A stretch of 64,000 nt of DNA from Promethearchaeota archaeon Loki_b32 (GCA_005223125.1 NJBH01000020.1:1-64000); one strand, 5' to 3'; positions 19,902 through 30,857 are shown, counted from the first letter of the stretch. Notes: generated by a model not told the origin, from the letters alone. A program made the numbers and translations.

Positions 19902-20091
19902 CGTTTAGATTTTAAATTACTTTTTTATTTGTTTTCCTAATAGTATAAATAAGGTTTTTTAAGCATTTTTAAAACATTAATAATAATGTAAATTGATAGG
20001 ACAGCTAAATATTAAAAATTAACATAATAGTTGTAATTTTAGTAAATCATATCATACATCAAAATTAAAAAGTATATAATATCACTATTTA

Positions 20092-20802
20092 TTAAAAGTC
20101 AAATACTTTAATCAATTCATCGGTGTTATCAACCAAAATATCAGGATGATGCTCGCGTAAAGTTTCCTTCTGGGCAAGACCACTTGCCACACAAATCATT
20201 TTAACATTTGCTGCTTTACCAGCCTCGATATCGGTCGTCATATCCCCAATAAAAATTGCTTCTGAAGGTTTCAGATCCCATTTATTAAGAATCTTTAAAA
20301 TTCCTTCTGGATTGGGTTTAACTTCAGTAACATCGTTAAAACCGATTATAGTACTAAAATAATTTGAAAGATTAAATTTTTTTAGAACTTCTTCGGCATA
20401 TTGACTTTTATTATTTGTTAAAATTGCTAGTTTCACATTTTTAGCCAATTTTGAAATTAAATCATCAATACCTTTAAATATCGTTGATTCGTCATCTTTA
20501 TATTTATTAAATTGGTTAAACATAAAGATTGCGATTCGTAGCTTCTTAAAGAAACTAATTCCTTCTAAAAATTTCACTTTTAACAAATCGTACGAATTTA
20601 GCAGAATTTTAGGTATGGGATAATTTTGGATTTCTTCAATCAAATGGGCTATTTCTTCCATCACTTCATCTGGGTTGACGTTCATATCATACTTTTCTAC
20701 TGAATCATCAACAGCTTTCTTAATTGCTTCAGAAATATCATAAATCACACCATCCATATCGAAGATAATTCCTTTATATTTTTCTAAGTTAATTTTTTCC
20801 AT
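20092..20802 (-). CDS. HAD-superfamily hydrolase (phosphoglycolate phosphatase-like)
   Basis: FDMDG, LTN, KP.P, GDMTTD. Confidence 0.9.
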   Translation of the reverse strand: MEKINLEKYKGIIFDMDGVIYDISEAIKKAVDDSVEKYDMNVNPDEVMEEIAHLIEEIQNYPIPKILLNSYDLLKVKFLEGISFFKKLRIAIFMFNQFNKYKDDESTIFKGIDDLISKLAKNVKLAILTNNKSQYAEEVLKKFNLSNYFSTIIGFNDVTEVKPNPEGILKILNKWDLKPSEAIFIGDMTTDIEAGKAANVKMICVASGLAQKETLREHHPDILVDNTDELIKVFDF

Positions 20803-20905
20803 ACTAAAGTCTATTAATATTTAGAACAATTTTAATTATACGAATATCAATACTTTAATTATATAATTATCAAAAATTGTAATCAAAAACCTTTTATAAA
20901 TTAAA

Positions 20906-21796
20906 ATGAACGAAAATCAAGAAAAAGAAATTGAAAAGCAAGATACTGAAGAAATTGAAGACGAAGATGATGATTTAAAAACTTATCTTAGAGATATGAA
21001 AGCGCTTGAAACTGACTTTTCTGATTTAGACGATTTAGACATGGAAGAGCTTCAAGAAATACAGGATGCAATTGAGAAAGTCAAAGAAGGTGAAGAATTA
21101 ACTGAAGTTGAGATAATTAATGAAGGCATATCTGAAGAAGAAGTAATAATTGATGAAATTAAAGAAGAGCAAGAATTTAAAGAAGCTATGATTTCGGATT
21201 TTTCCGATATGGACGAAATTGATTTTGATGAATTAAGAGAAATGCAAGAAGCTATTGAAACAGTAAAGCACGAAGAAGTTGAGGTAGTATCTGGAGAAAT
21301 AGGTAAAATTGAATCTACTCAAAGTATTCCAAAGGATTTGGAGGAAAGAATTAAACAAGAACTCTTAAAAAGAAAAGAGCTTGAGGTAAAGGAAATCATC
21401 ACACCAGAGAAGTTTTTAGATTATGTTAAGAATAGACGCGATAAGATTTGGTATCACGCACTCCATTATTTGGTTTTTAATATTGAGGATCATATTGCGT
21501 CAAAAGCGTTATTATTTGATGTATTAAAAGAAGTTACAAGTAAATCTCCTATTGATCCAATTCCAGAACATAAATTTTATTTCGGCTTAGGTTATATCTT
21601 AAGGTTGAATTTGAATGATAAACAAATAGTTCGGTTTTTCAGAAATGGAAAATTTAAAATCAATACAAAAGTCGAAATCCTAAAAGAAATTTTAGAGGAA
21701 GCTGGGGAACCTATAAGCACAAGACCAATTATAAAAGAAGAAGAGAAAAAAAAAATGTTCAAAGATTTTCTTGGTGAGGATTTTCTTGATATCTAA
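20906..21796 (+). CDS. Hypothetical protein: acidic N-half with a duplicated motif, globular C-half
   Basis: 296 aa; DFSDLDDLDMEELQEIQDAIEKVK / DFSDMDEIDFDELREMQEAIETVK. Confidence 0.8.
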   Translation: MNENQEKEIEKQDTEEIEDEDDDLKTYLRDMKALETDFSDLDDLDMEELQEIQDAIEKVKEGEELTEVEIINEGISEEEVIIDEIKEEQEFKEAMISDFSDMDEIDFDELREMQEAIETVKHEEVEVVSGEIGKIESTQSIPKDLEERIKQELLKRKELEVKEIITPEKFLDYVKNRRDKIWYHALHYLVFNIEDHIASKALLFDVLKEVTSKSPIDPIPEHKFYFGLGYILRLNLNDKQIVRFFRNGKFKINTKVEILKEILEEAGEPISTRPIIKEEEKKKMFKDFLGEDFLDI

Positions 21797-21808
21797 GATT
21801 TAATTTTA

Positions 21809-22447
21809 TTGAGAAGTAAAATGAAGCAAAAACCTTCACTATTAATCATTGGAAATTCTAATGTAGGAAAAAGCTCAATAACTAGATTGCTGATGCCAAA
21901 TCCTAGAAAGTTTAAGGGCAAAATTGGAAAAACTCCAGGTAGCACGTTACTGATAAAACCAATTACTCAAGATAAATTACCTTATAAAATAGTTGATCTT
22001 CCCGGATTTGGATATATCAGTCAATCCAGTCGGAGAAGAGGAGAACATAATAAAAAACAAATTGTTGTTCATATCGAAAAGCACTATGAAGACTATTTTT
22101 TAGGGTTAATAGTAATCAATATTTTAAGAATAGAGGATGAAATTCAAAAATTTTTTATTCAAAATAGAAGGACGATTCCTTTAAGTTTTGAATTAATTCA
22201 ATTTCTAAGCGAATTTGAAATCCCCCTTCTTATTATCTTTAATAAAATTGATAAATTTTCTAATCTAGATAAAAAAAAAATAATAAACTTATTTATTGAA
22301 TCCGCAAAAGAACATGGTTTGAAATTAGTTCATTTAATTGATAGAAAAATTGAAAAGAAGTCAGAAATACCATATTTAGAATTTTCGGCATTAAAAAAAA
22401 CAAACCTTACTAAACTAAAACAAATAATTCAAGAATATTTACCATAA
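21809..22447 (+). CDS. engB: EngB/YihA-family GTP-binding protein
   Basis: GNSNVGKS, KTPGST, DLPGFG, NKID, FSA. Confidence 0.85.
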   Translation: MRSKMKQKPSLLIIGNSNVGKSSITRLLMPNPRKFKGKIGKTPGSTLLIKPITQDKLPYKIVDLPGFGYISQSSRRRGEHNKKQIVVHIEKHYEDYFLGLIVINILRIEDEIQKFFIQNRRTIPLSFELIQFLSEFEIPLLIIFNKIDKFSNLDKKKIINLFIESAKEHGLKLVHLIDRKIEKKSEIPYLEFSALKKTNLTKLKQIIQEYLP

Positions 22448-22491
22448 TATTTTCAATTATACAGAGAGGAAAATCCAAAAAATATTATATT

Positions 22492-23784
22492 TTACACACT
22501 TTTTATTGTAGGATCCTTTTCTTTATCCCAATTTATTGCAAATAAAAAATCTCTACTTGTTTTATTTTTGTATATTAATGGAAATCCGCTTATTTTCTCA
22601 AATTTTGAAGCAAATTTTGCTAGATAATCAAATTCTGGAAAATAATCTTGGACTCCTTTATCACTTTTCAATCTTTCGTTTATTAACAGTGCCTTTGCTT
22701 GTAATGTAAATCCTTTAATTTCAAAAAAGTTTGGGTTAGAGTTCTCAATTATTTTAACATATTCAGCTATAAACTTGTCATCTAAATTCAAGTTTTTAAC
22801 TGCCGTTAACCTGACTAAAGTTCTGCCAGATAATGATTGTACTAAATCTAAACTCTCCATTATCTTACCCCAACCATTTTTAATCATAGGTCGACAGATT
22901 TTCTTATAGATGTTCTCATTAGGGGCAGGTAATGTGATGTATAACTGCGAGGGTAATGGATCTAACTTTTGAATTCTTTCTGGCAATGTACCATTAGTAA
23001 CTATAAATGTTGTCATATTACGATTTTTAAATTCTTGAACAAATTCAGAAATTCTAGGATATAGCATTGGTTCCCCATCGAGAGAAATAGCTGCATGATT
23101 TGGTATCATTGCTTCGCTATGTGCTTGCATTATCTCATCAGGTGTCGTTAATATTCTATTAATTAATACTTCAAGTTCTTCTCTAGAATCAATACAACAT
23201 ATAATGTCTTCCTCTAATCTAAAATTCTTTAATGAATCATCTATTGTTTTGATATAATTTTGAGTTTTAAGTAGAGTAATAGCTCGTTCAATTTTATTCT
23301 TTGAAACATGAATATTATTACTGAGCGAATTTATATTATGATTTTGATGATTATTAAGAAGCATGAAGTAGAGAATATCAATCATGATTTCATAATTATC
23401 GAGGTACCTCCTTAAAGGCAGATGATTCTTAATTATATCCTCATGGTGGCGTAGCATTTCATCAATAAGAAATTTAGGATTATCTGGTTCAACAATGAAT
23501 TTACTTCCAAGTGAACCTGACTCAATATCCCTCCAGCAAAAAACGCACTGGTGATTACAAAATGGTAATGAAGGGGTATTTTGTAAACATCTATGACTTT
23601 GTATTCCAAAAACTCCTTTGTAGCAATTCCGATTATCCCTTCCTGTCTCTAATCGCTGTTCAAGCCAGTGACATGGTTTTATTGATGAATGCTTATTTTC
23701 TCCAACGATTCTATATGTTGTTTTTGTATATGTCTCAACAAACTCATTTGTGATTTTGTTATCAATGTTATATCTATTTTTCAT
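22492..23784 (-). CDS. taw1: Radical SAM 4-demethylwyosine synthase (Taw1/TYW1)
   Basis: HSSIKPCHW, CYK, SHRCLQ, CNHQCVFCWR, HAAISLDGEP. Confidence 0.92.
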   Translation of the reverse strand: MKNRYNIDNKITNEFVETYTKTTYRIVGENKHSSIKPCHWLEQRLETGRDNRNCYKGVFGIQSHRCLQNTPSLPFCNHQCVFCWRDIESGSLGSKFIVEPDNPKFLIDEMLRHHEDIIKNHLPLRRYLDNYEIMIDILYFMLLNNHQNHNINSLSNNIHVSKNKIERAITLLKTQNYIKTIDDSLKNFRLEEDIICCIDSREELEVLINRILTTPDEIMQAHSEAMIPNHAAISLDGEPMLYPRISEFVQEFKNRNMTTFIVTNGTLPERIQKLDPLPSQLYITLPAPNENIYKKICRPMIKNGWGKIMESLDLVQSLSGRTLVRLTAVKNLNLDDKFIAEYVKIIENSNPNFFEIKGFTLQAKALLINERLKSDKGVQDYFPEFDYLAKFASKFEKISGFPLIYKNKTSRDFLFAINWDKEKDPTIKSV

Positions 23785-23961
23785 TAAAGTACCACTTTGA
23801 AATCAAAATTTTCACTAGTTTATATAAATAAATGTATTTTATTAAGATATTAAATTATATTCTTTAAATTTATAAGTATATAAGTAATTAGTAGACTACT
23901 TTTAGATTATAACTAAAATTACGATTTTAGTTAATTAGGATAAATAATAAGATGGTTTAGA

Positions 23962-24840
23962 ATGTTAAACAGAATAAAAAGCGAATTGTTAAATTTTGGA
24001 TTGAAATTCATTGATGTTGATGAAAAAATCGTGAGGATGATTTTAGAGACAAAACCTGCAAATGTAAATGAAATTGTAATCCTACCAGCTATAAAAATTG
24101 TAATGAAAAAATTATTACAGAAGTTACAAAACAAACGGAATTATGGAAGAGTATATAATGGAGAATTAAACAATATTAAAATTAGCATTGTTCGTTCTTT
24201 AGTTGGAGCGCCCAATTGTGCAATGGCTGTAGAAGCATTAAGAAGATGCAAAACAAAAATTATTATTAGAATTGATGTTTGTGGAGGAATAGAAAATGAA
24301 ATCATTCCAATTAATATTGGAGATATTTTAATCCCAAAATTCGCTTTTTGTGATGATGGAACCAGTCCTCAATATTTCAGAGAAAATCCTTCTTTAGTCA
24401 ATGAGTTACAGTCAATTCCAAATCCAATGGGTAAATTTCAAAATATGTTCACAGGAAATCAAACTATTTTCGCATCTAAACCTAATGAAATGCTAAGAGA
24501 ACTGTTTTTTGGTAAAGGAACTGCACTCTTTCCAAATAAAGTCAAAGAAACTAATCTATGGACCACTGATGCTCTATTTTGTGAAAGCTTAGAATTCATA
24601 AGAGCATTAAACTCAATAAACGTTCAATCTGTCGATATGGAATCATCTATATTATTTTTACTTGGTAAAATATACAATTTAAAAACTGTTTCTCTTCTCT
24701 CTGTTTCGGATTTACCAGGCCATCCTAAATATGATTTACTTAATTCAAATGAGATTCATCCTGAAATGGAGAACGGAATTGATCATGCAATAAAATTATT
24801 AATAACGGCATTACCTCGAGTAAACTCTTTAATTAAGTAA
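23962..24840 (+). CDS. Nucleoside phosphorylase (PNP/UDP family)
   Basis: GAP...EAL, RIDVCGG, DDGTS, WTTDA, VDMES, VSD. Confidence 0.85.
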   Translation: MLNRIKSELLNFGLKFIDVDEKIVRMILETKPANVNEIVILPAIKIVMKKLLQKLQNKRNYGRVYNGELNNIKISIVRSLVGAPNCAMAVEALRRCKTKIIIRIDVCGGIENEIIPINIGDILIPKFAFCDDGTSPQYFRENPSLVNELQSIPNPMGKFQNMFTGNQTIFASKPNEMLRELFFGKGTALFPNKVKETNLWTTDALFCESLEFIRALNSINVQSVDMESSILFLLGKIYNLKTVSLLSVSDLPGHPKYDLLNSNEIHPEMENGIDHAIKLLITALPRVNSLIK

Positions 24841-24881
24841 TAGGAATCAATTTTATAAAGAATTTTTAACTCAATAATTTT

Positions 24882-25775
24882 TTAAAGTCCTTTAAGCAAC
24901 TGACTAAAATCTGGTTCATCAAAAAACTCATTATATGTTTTTAATAACTCAATATTTACTAAAAATATTTTATTACCAGATTTATTTTTAGCCGTTTTTA
25001 GAAGATTAAGATCTTTTAATTTTTTAATATGGTATAAAATTGTTCCTGAGTATATTTCTAAATTTTCTCCCATTTTTGAGACTTTTATTTCTTCATCCTT
25101 AAATATCTCTTCCAAAAGTTTAGGGATCAAGGGATTTAGAAAAATAACTTTAAATTTATCATAATCTTCAGGTACCTCGCTTAAAAAGTAATGAAGAGTT
25201 TTTCCAATTTTCTTTGATCGAATAAGATCAAATCTTTCAAGAGTCATAACATGTTTTAAAAATGGAGTTCTGGTTATCCCTACATGAGTTTCAATTTTTT
25301 CATCTCTTGCATGAACTCCAGGATTTTCTTTTATAAATTCAAGGATACTTACAAGTTTTTTATTAGTCAGAATTTCTAATTTGGTACGTCTTTCATTCGT
25401 GACAATCCAATTTTTCTCTTCCAAACCGCGAATACTTAAAAAAATTTCCTCTTTACTATATCCTTTCCTATATGAGAGTTTAGCAATGCATTTGGCATAT
25501 AATTTCTCAATTATTGGATATTTTTGTATTTGACTCTCTGATATAATTTCAAATTCAGTATCGTATCTTTTTAATTTTAAAATTTCTTTAGCAATGTCTA
25601 AAACATCTTTTTCTATCTCACTTAATTCTTCAACAATTTCCTCTGTTTTTAAATCTTCTTTCTCGACTTCAATTGTTTCTTGCAATGGTTTAAAATCAAG
25701 ACGTCTAAATGAACTATCTCGTAGGGTTTCTCTCTCTTTATTTCCTCTCGGTTCCCTTCTTTTTTCCATCGACAT
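24882..25775 (-). CDS. Tandem winged-helix transcriptional regulator
   Basis: ILEFIKENPG...HVMTLE and SGTILYHIKKL HTH motifs; 2 bp after the upstream gene. Confidence 0.8.
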   Translation of the reverse strand: MSMEKRREPRGNKERETLRDSSFRRLDFKPLQETIEVEKEDLKTEEIVEELSEIEKDVLDIAKEILKLKRYDTEFEIISESQIQKYPIIEKLYAKCIAKLSYRKGYSKEEIFLSIRGLEEKNWIVTNERRTKLEILTNKKLVSILEFIKENPGVHARDEKIETHVGITRTPFLKHVMTLERFDLIRSKKIGKTLHYFLSEVPEDYDKFKVIFLNPLIPKLLEEIFKDEEIKVSKMGENLEIYSGTILYHIKKLKDLNLLKTAKNKSGNKIFLVNIELLKTYNEFFDEPDFSQLLKGL

Positions 25776-25777
25776 CT

Positions 25778-27337
25778 TTAGGCGTTTTCCTCTAAGAATC
25801 GGACAAATTTTATTTGTTCTTCATAATCCATATATTTTAATTGTTCTAAAATTCTGTTATAATGTTTTGGTCGAACATTGGAAAGTTTGCGAATTCGGGC
25901 AATTAATCTTTTGGGTATTTCTTTGTATAAATTAACTATAGCTTCGATGTATTTTACTTGTTCTTCTTTTGTTAAGAACGCAAGTTCTTCCAATAATTCT
26001 TTCTTTTCCTTTTTAGAGATTTTTAAATCGATTATTTGTTTCCTTAAATCCTTTGAAAGGACAGCAAAAATTTTTGAGAAATATTCCTTTACTAATTTCT
26101 TATCTTTTTCATCTTTAACAGGTAAGAGAGAATCATGTAACTTTAATTTAAATTCTTCTTCCCTCTTTTCCTTTTCTTCTTTATCTATCTTGATTGGGAT
26201 CTTTTCAAGTTCTTTAGCAGTAATTTCATCTAATCTTTCTGGTTCTGCTTTAACTGGTTTTTCTTCTACATCTTTTAATTCAATTGCTCGTTCTTCAGAT
26301 ACCTCTTTTTCTGGAACTTCCATTTTCCTATAAGGTGGTGTTGGGGGTGCTGGAGCAAAATATACAGATTTTTCTGTTACAGGTATTTTTTGGATCGTTT
26401 CAGGTGGGGTACCAAAAATTAAGAAAAATATTAAGACTCCTTTTAAGAGTATAAAGATGCCCGCGGCAAAAAATATAGTTCCTAAAATCCCTAAAATAAG
26501 ATACTTAAGAGCATCTCCAATCTTAAATTTTGTTTGTTCATTGGTTTCCTTTTTTAAGCTCCCATCAGTAAGTAATATTGCAAATGCAATAAGGAAAAAA
26601 CCAAGATAAATCAATAGCCTAGCAGGAATTACTAAATCAAAAGGAAAATCTAAATTTATTAAACCCCGTTTAGGAAGATAAATTCCATCTGAATATATTC
26701 TATAAATACCAAATAGTAGGATTAAAAAACCTGCTTTAGCAGAGAAACTATTCAATGAATTTTTTGCTAGTAAACCATAATCATATGTTTTAAAGTCCTC
26801 ATTTTTAGAATCTGTAATTACATAGATTATAATAAGAACACCTTTAATGAGTATAATAACTCCAAGGCCATATAATATACAACCTAATACTCCCCAAGAG
26901 AATGCATCAAGGAAAATATCATTGTATTTTTTCTCCTTTACTTTTCGTGCTATACGTGTTCTATCATAAACTATAATAAATAATCCAAGAAAACCATGCA
27001 TAATTCGATCAAATAAAAGTCCTATATCCCAATAAATAGCAATTTCAGCTATTAATCCAAAAGAAATACATGTAAAAATAAATAAAGGGATAAAAGAAAT
27101 TTTGTTTAATAATTGAATGCTTTTTTCTAAACTAGATGATTTACTTTCAGATAATTTATGAAATGGTTTTTTTTCCCTTCGATATGGTGTTGTAGCGGGT
27201 TTAAATTTAATTCCTTCCATAATGAAAGGAGAGCCACATCTTTCACAATAAACTTGAATGTTACTTTCTATTAAGTGAGAAAGTTCGTTTGGGTATGCAT
27301 GCTGACATTCACGGCAAATATAAACTTTTTTAACCAT
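25778..27337 (-). CDS. Zinc-ribbon multi-TM membrane protein with Pro-rich linker and helical C-terminal domain
   Basis: CREC..CERC, duplicated TM block (LGCILYGLGVIILIKG / LGTIFFAAGIFILLKG). Confidence 0.8.
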   Translation of the reverse strand: MVKKVYICRECQHAYPNELSHLIESNIQVYCERCGSPFIMEGIKFKPATTPYRREKKPFHKLSESKSSSLEKSIQLLNKISFIPLFIFTCISFGLIAEIAIYWDIGLLFDRIMHGFLGLFIIVYDRTRIARKVKEKKYNDIFLDAFSWGVLGCILYGLGVIILIKGVLIIIYVITDSKNEDFKTYDYGLLAKNSLNSFSAKAGFLILLFGIYRIYSDGIYLPKRGLINLDFPFDLVIPARLLIYLGFFLIAFAILLTDGSLKKETNEQTKFKIGDALKYLILGILGTIFFAAGIFILLKGVLIFFLIFGTPPETIQKIPVTEKSVYFAPAPPTPPYRKMEVPEKEVSEERAIELKDVEEKPVKAEPERLDEITAKELEKIPIKIDKEEKEKREEEFKLKLHDSLLPVKDEKDKKLVKEYFSKIFAVLSKDLRKQIIDLKISKKEKKELLEELAFLTKEEQVKYIEAIVNLYKEIPKRLIARIRKLSNVRPKHYNRILEQLKYMDYEEQIKFVRFLEENA

Positions 27338-27460
27338 ACTTCACTCACTGACATATAATTTATAATCTTATATTATTTTTTTTTATTTTTAGAGAATCTT
27401 GAATCGGAGATTAAACAAAAATAATGTTACTTAAATGAAAAATAAATTCTTCTGTATTAA

Positions 27461-27481
27461 AAAAATTGGAGTCCGATTTTT
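27461..27481. promoter_or_regulatory. Palindromic operator candidate, copy 1
   Basis: AAAAATTGGA-G-TCCGATTTTT; near-identical copy at 30858-30878. Confidence 0.6.
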
Positions 27482-27730
27482 AAATTATTCGAAAATGAAT
27501 TCTTAAATTTAATTGAGGTTTCTGAAAAGTTTTGATTTTCTCTTGTTGCAATAAATCCCCTAAAAATTCTTTTAATTTATTATAATATCTTCTTATCTTG
27601 CAATTTATTATCAGATTTTTGTTATACATGATTTGTACCTCATTTTTTTTAAGACTCTATTATTATGGTATCTGTTACTGAAATCCATTTTTCTAAATAG
27701 GTATAATCACATCTATCACACATAACCACA

Positions 27731-28057
27731 TCAAAAGATTAGATATACAGTAACATAAAAAGGTACAGGAGTAGAAAAAAGGTCAATTTCTATTTCAGCT
27801 TTAATCCAGTTGCTTGGTTTGTCTGTGAAATCAAAGTGAAAATATGCTTCAGTTTCAGAAACATAATCAGAAGTCATAACATAAAGAAATTGAGCATATC
27901 CATAATTAGATGTTGGGTTGTCTTCATTTATATATGAATCTGCATCAGCCGTTATATATTTTTCTTGTTCAGCATATGCAGGAGGAACGCTTAAGATTAA
28001 AGAAACAAAAAAAAGACCTAATATCAATATACTTATATTTTTTTTTCTCATTCGCAT
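27731..28057 (-). pseudogene. Truncated secreted DNRLRE/CBM96-domain protein
   Basis: Signal peptide (PAYA), ADADSYINEDNPTSNYG, YFHFDF; stops mid-domain. Confidence 0.65.
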
Positions 28058-28386
28058 TTCCTATTCTTATTAAATTCTCATATTATGATATTAACTATTC
28101 ATAACGAAATAAATAATTTAGAAAAACTGGATCGTTTTAATTTCTATTGATGGTAATTTAAACCTTCTTATAAATTTTAAGTTAATTTATCAATAATAAT
28201 TAGATTCTTAACCGACAAATAATCGACATTATTTAACCATTCAAAATTCAATACTAAATCTTCACTGTCCTCTTAATTATTAAGGCGATACTTCATTTGT
28301 TCTTTAAATTAAGACTTTAAAAACAGGGCAATGGAGTCAAAAGAAGTATTAATCGCATATAATGTTGAGTTGAGAAGAATTTTTAA

Positions 28387-28923
28387 GGTTCGTTATGGAA
28401 TTCCAAAAAACCTTTTTATGACCTTAGAAATGAAGTAGAGTTCAAGAAAGTTTCTGATAAGGTCTTATATCAACATCATATAAGATATATTAAGGAATTA
28501 ACTGATTCTCTAGAATTAATATTATTAGGAAAGATGCATCCTGTATTAGGATGGCTGGAGCCATTAAAGCCACCAGAATATTCCCAAGTGATGAGGGATT
28601 TCAGAGATGACTTTGAATCAATTAAACCGTTTAGGGATTGGAACTCTCACTTAAAAGAAACTTATAATCAGCGGATTAGAGAGATTGTTAAGAGTTGGAG
28701 AGCTAATAAAGAGATTCCTTCGTTAGGAATTACGCAAAAATGGATCAAAGATGAAGAGAGTAAATCAAAGACCTATGAAGTAGCGCTTTTAGATGGTCGA
28801 ATTATTGGAGAGGTGAATGTTCTATCCCGCGAGCAGTATCGAGGAGTTGAATTCAGAAATTTATCCATTCGTGAATTTATCGATTACATTATTAACCATA
28901 TAGCAGATAAATTAGGGATATAG
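28387..28923 (+). CDS. Hypothetical protein fragment (frame open from 28387; ATG at 28534)
   Basis: Frame extends 49 codons upstream of the ATG; a one-base frameshift would join it to the ATG at 28331. Confidence 0.55.
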   Translation, partial: GSLWNSKKPFYDLRNEVEFKKVSDKVLYQHHIRYIKELTDSLELILLGKMHPVLGWLEPLKPPEYSQVMRDFRDDFESIKPFRDWNSHLKETYNQRIREIVKSWRANKEIPSLGITQKWIKDEESKSKTYEVALLDGRIIGEVNVLSREQYRGVEFRNLSIREFIDYIINHIADKLGI

Positions 28924-28964
28924 TTTACAAATAATAATCTATGATTTTTTTCAAATTTATATTT

Positions 28965-30310
28965 TTATTTTAATATTGTTACTTTTTCCGAAAATGTTGG
29001 TATTTTTTCTATCGGATTCCCTACTATCTTCAGCATTTTTAAATATTTAAGCTGTGTCAGATGCTCCGGTATCTCGTTTAACTGGTTATTATCCAAGTTC
29101 AACCATTCTAGATATTTTAAATTAACTATTTCTTTAGGTATTTCAGATATTGAATTACCACTTAAATTAAGTTCTTTTAATTTATTTAAATTAAAGATAC
29201 AAGAAGGAATTTCAATTAGTTTATTATTATCAAAGTATAACTCCTCTAATTTTTCTAAGTTATTTATATTATTTGGAATATTAGATATGTAATTATTCTC
29301 AAACATAATACATTTTAGATTTTTTAAGGATGAAATTATTGAAGGAAATTCAGGAAATTCATTATCCGATAATATGATACATTCTAAATTTTCCAATTTA
29401 CTAATAGATCCAGGCAGTGAGGTTAAAAGATTCCCATCAAGACCTAAGAATAATAAATTTTCTATCTCTCCTATTGAGTCTGGAATTGTTTTTAGTTTAT
29501 TATTACTTAGCCTTAAGTTAACCAGGTTTTTTACTTTGCTGACACAAACCGGTATATAAGTAAGTCCTATGTTATCGAGTGCCAATTTCCAAATTTCATT
29601 ATCACCTTCTTCTGAATGGAAAAAAGGTCCCTTATGACTCGTATCTTCACTATACGGTAAGAATCTCCCTAAATGATGCTCTAATTCTTTGATTACTTCT
29701 AGGTCGTGCGGGTCATGTGAGTATTTTACTTCTAACCTCTCGTAGTTACCTAAATACCCCCCCCTCCCGAACTTTCCGCCTCAAGTTCAATAATTCGCCT
29801 AAGTTGATTCTCAGTTAATTTTTCCTTCATTGCCACAAATGTTATCTCATAATCATACGGCGTGAAATAGAAATAGGGATAGTTTGCATTGACTAAACTC
29901 CAAATAGTAGGGAAAAACCCAGAGTTCATTTTTCTAATTATTTCTTTTTTAAGTACTTTTTTTGCTATAGGATCTCCTACGTCTACAAGCTTCTTCAATA
30001 GAGAAAAAGCAAGAGCACTATCCAGTAAGTTCGTATTATAATCATTCTCTGCCCATACTTCCAAGCTCGAACAATGCCCCCAAAATTCTTCTTCGGGAGT
30101 TAAGCTGTTAGAGGGCTCGACATCTAAAGTACTCATCTTTTCGATTATTTCATCAATAGATTTCATATTTTCTAAGGCGGTAATAATGTTTATCGGGATT
30201 TCGATTGATAACGCCTTACAGTGCCTAAACTTTTCTCCAACGACATATATTATCGTCTCGCCGTCTTCTAGTTTCAATGTTATAAATTTATTGATTTTAA
30301 ATTCCTTTAT
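28965..30310 (-). pseudogene. LRR protein paralog split by a frameshift in a G8 tract
   Basis: ORFs 29750-30277 (EFWGHCS domain) and 28965-29585 (LRRs) join without stops if C8 at 29757-29764 becomes C9; aligned start is ATA at 30310 with GGGGG upstream. Confidence 0.85.
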
Positions 30311-30409
30311 TTTTATTCCCCCTATTCTTAGCTGTTATATTTATTATATTTCTATTAGAAATTTAAATCTTATTACTAACATAGTGTAGTGATTTATATT
30401 TAATAATAT

Positions 30410-30793
30410 TTAAAAAGAAATTTTTCTCCCACATTCACTACAATATTCTAAAATATAATTGTATTGGTTTATAGTAGTATTCTGAACATTTGTATGTGAA
30501 CCTTCCTGTTTCGAGGGCTTTGATTTCCCTGAAACCAAGAAGTAAAAACCTTCAGTTAACTTATAAAAACCATAACCGATATATTTAAGAAGATAATATA
30601 CTCCTTTGAAAGTATAATAGACTAAATATGCAATCCCTTTAATGACATAAAATAACAGAGTTATTGCTAACGCTAATAAGGTAATTAGACCAATCAATGC
30701 GAATACTTGCCCATATATTGGTGCAGATATATACCATTCTATAAATACATTATACCAGAAACCAATATTACTAAAAAAATTCTCCCATTCCAA
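30410..30793 (-). CDS. Membrane protein with a C-terminal half zinc ribbon, probably truncated
   Basis: TM helix, then ends at CSECGRKISF*. Confidence 0.7.
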   Translation of the reverse strand: MEWENFFSNIGFWYNVFIEWYISAPIYGQVFALIGLITLLALAITLLFYVIKGIAYLVYYTFKGVYYLLKYIGYGFYKLTEGFYFLVSGKSKPSKQEGSHTNVQNTTINQYNYILEYCSECGRKISF

Positions 30794-30857
30794 TTTTAAT
30801 CCACCATTTTTTTATATTTTTTTTTCTTATTAAAAAGGAGATTTAAATCAAATTAAA

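Noticed and set aside
29750-29752. TAG readthrough (pyrrolysine) joining the two LRR ORFs
   Set aside because: The downstream ORF is in a different frame; a frameshift at G8 explains the split
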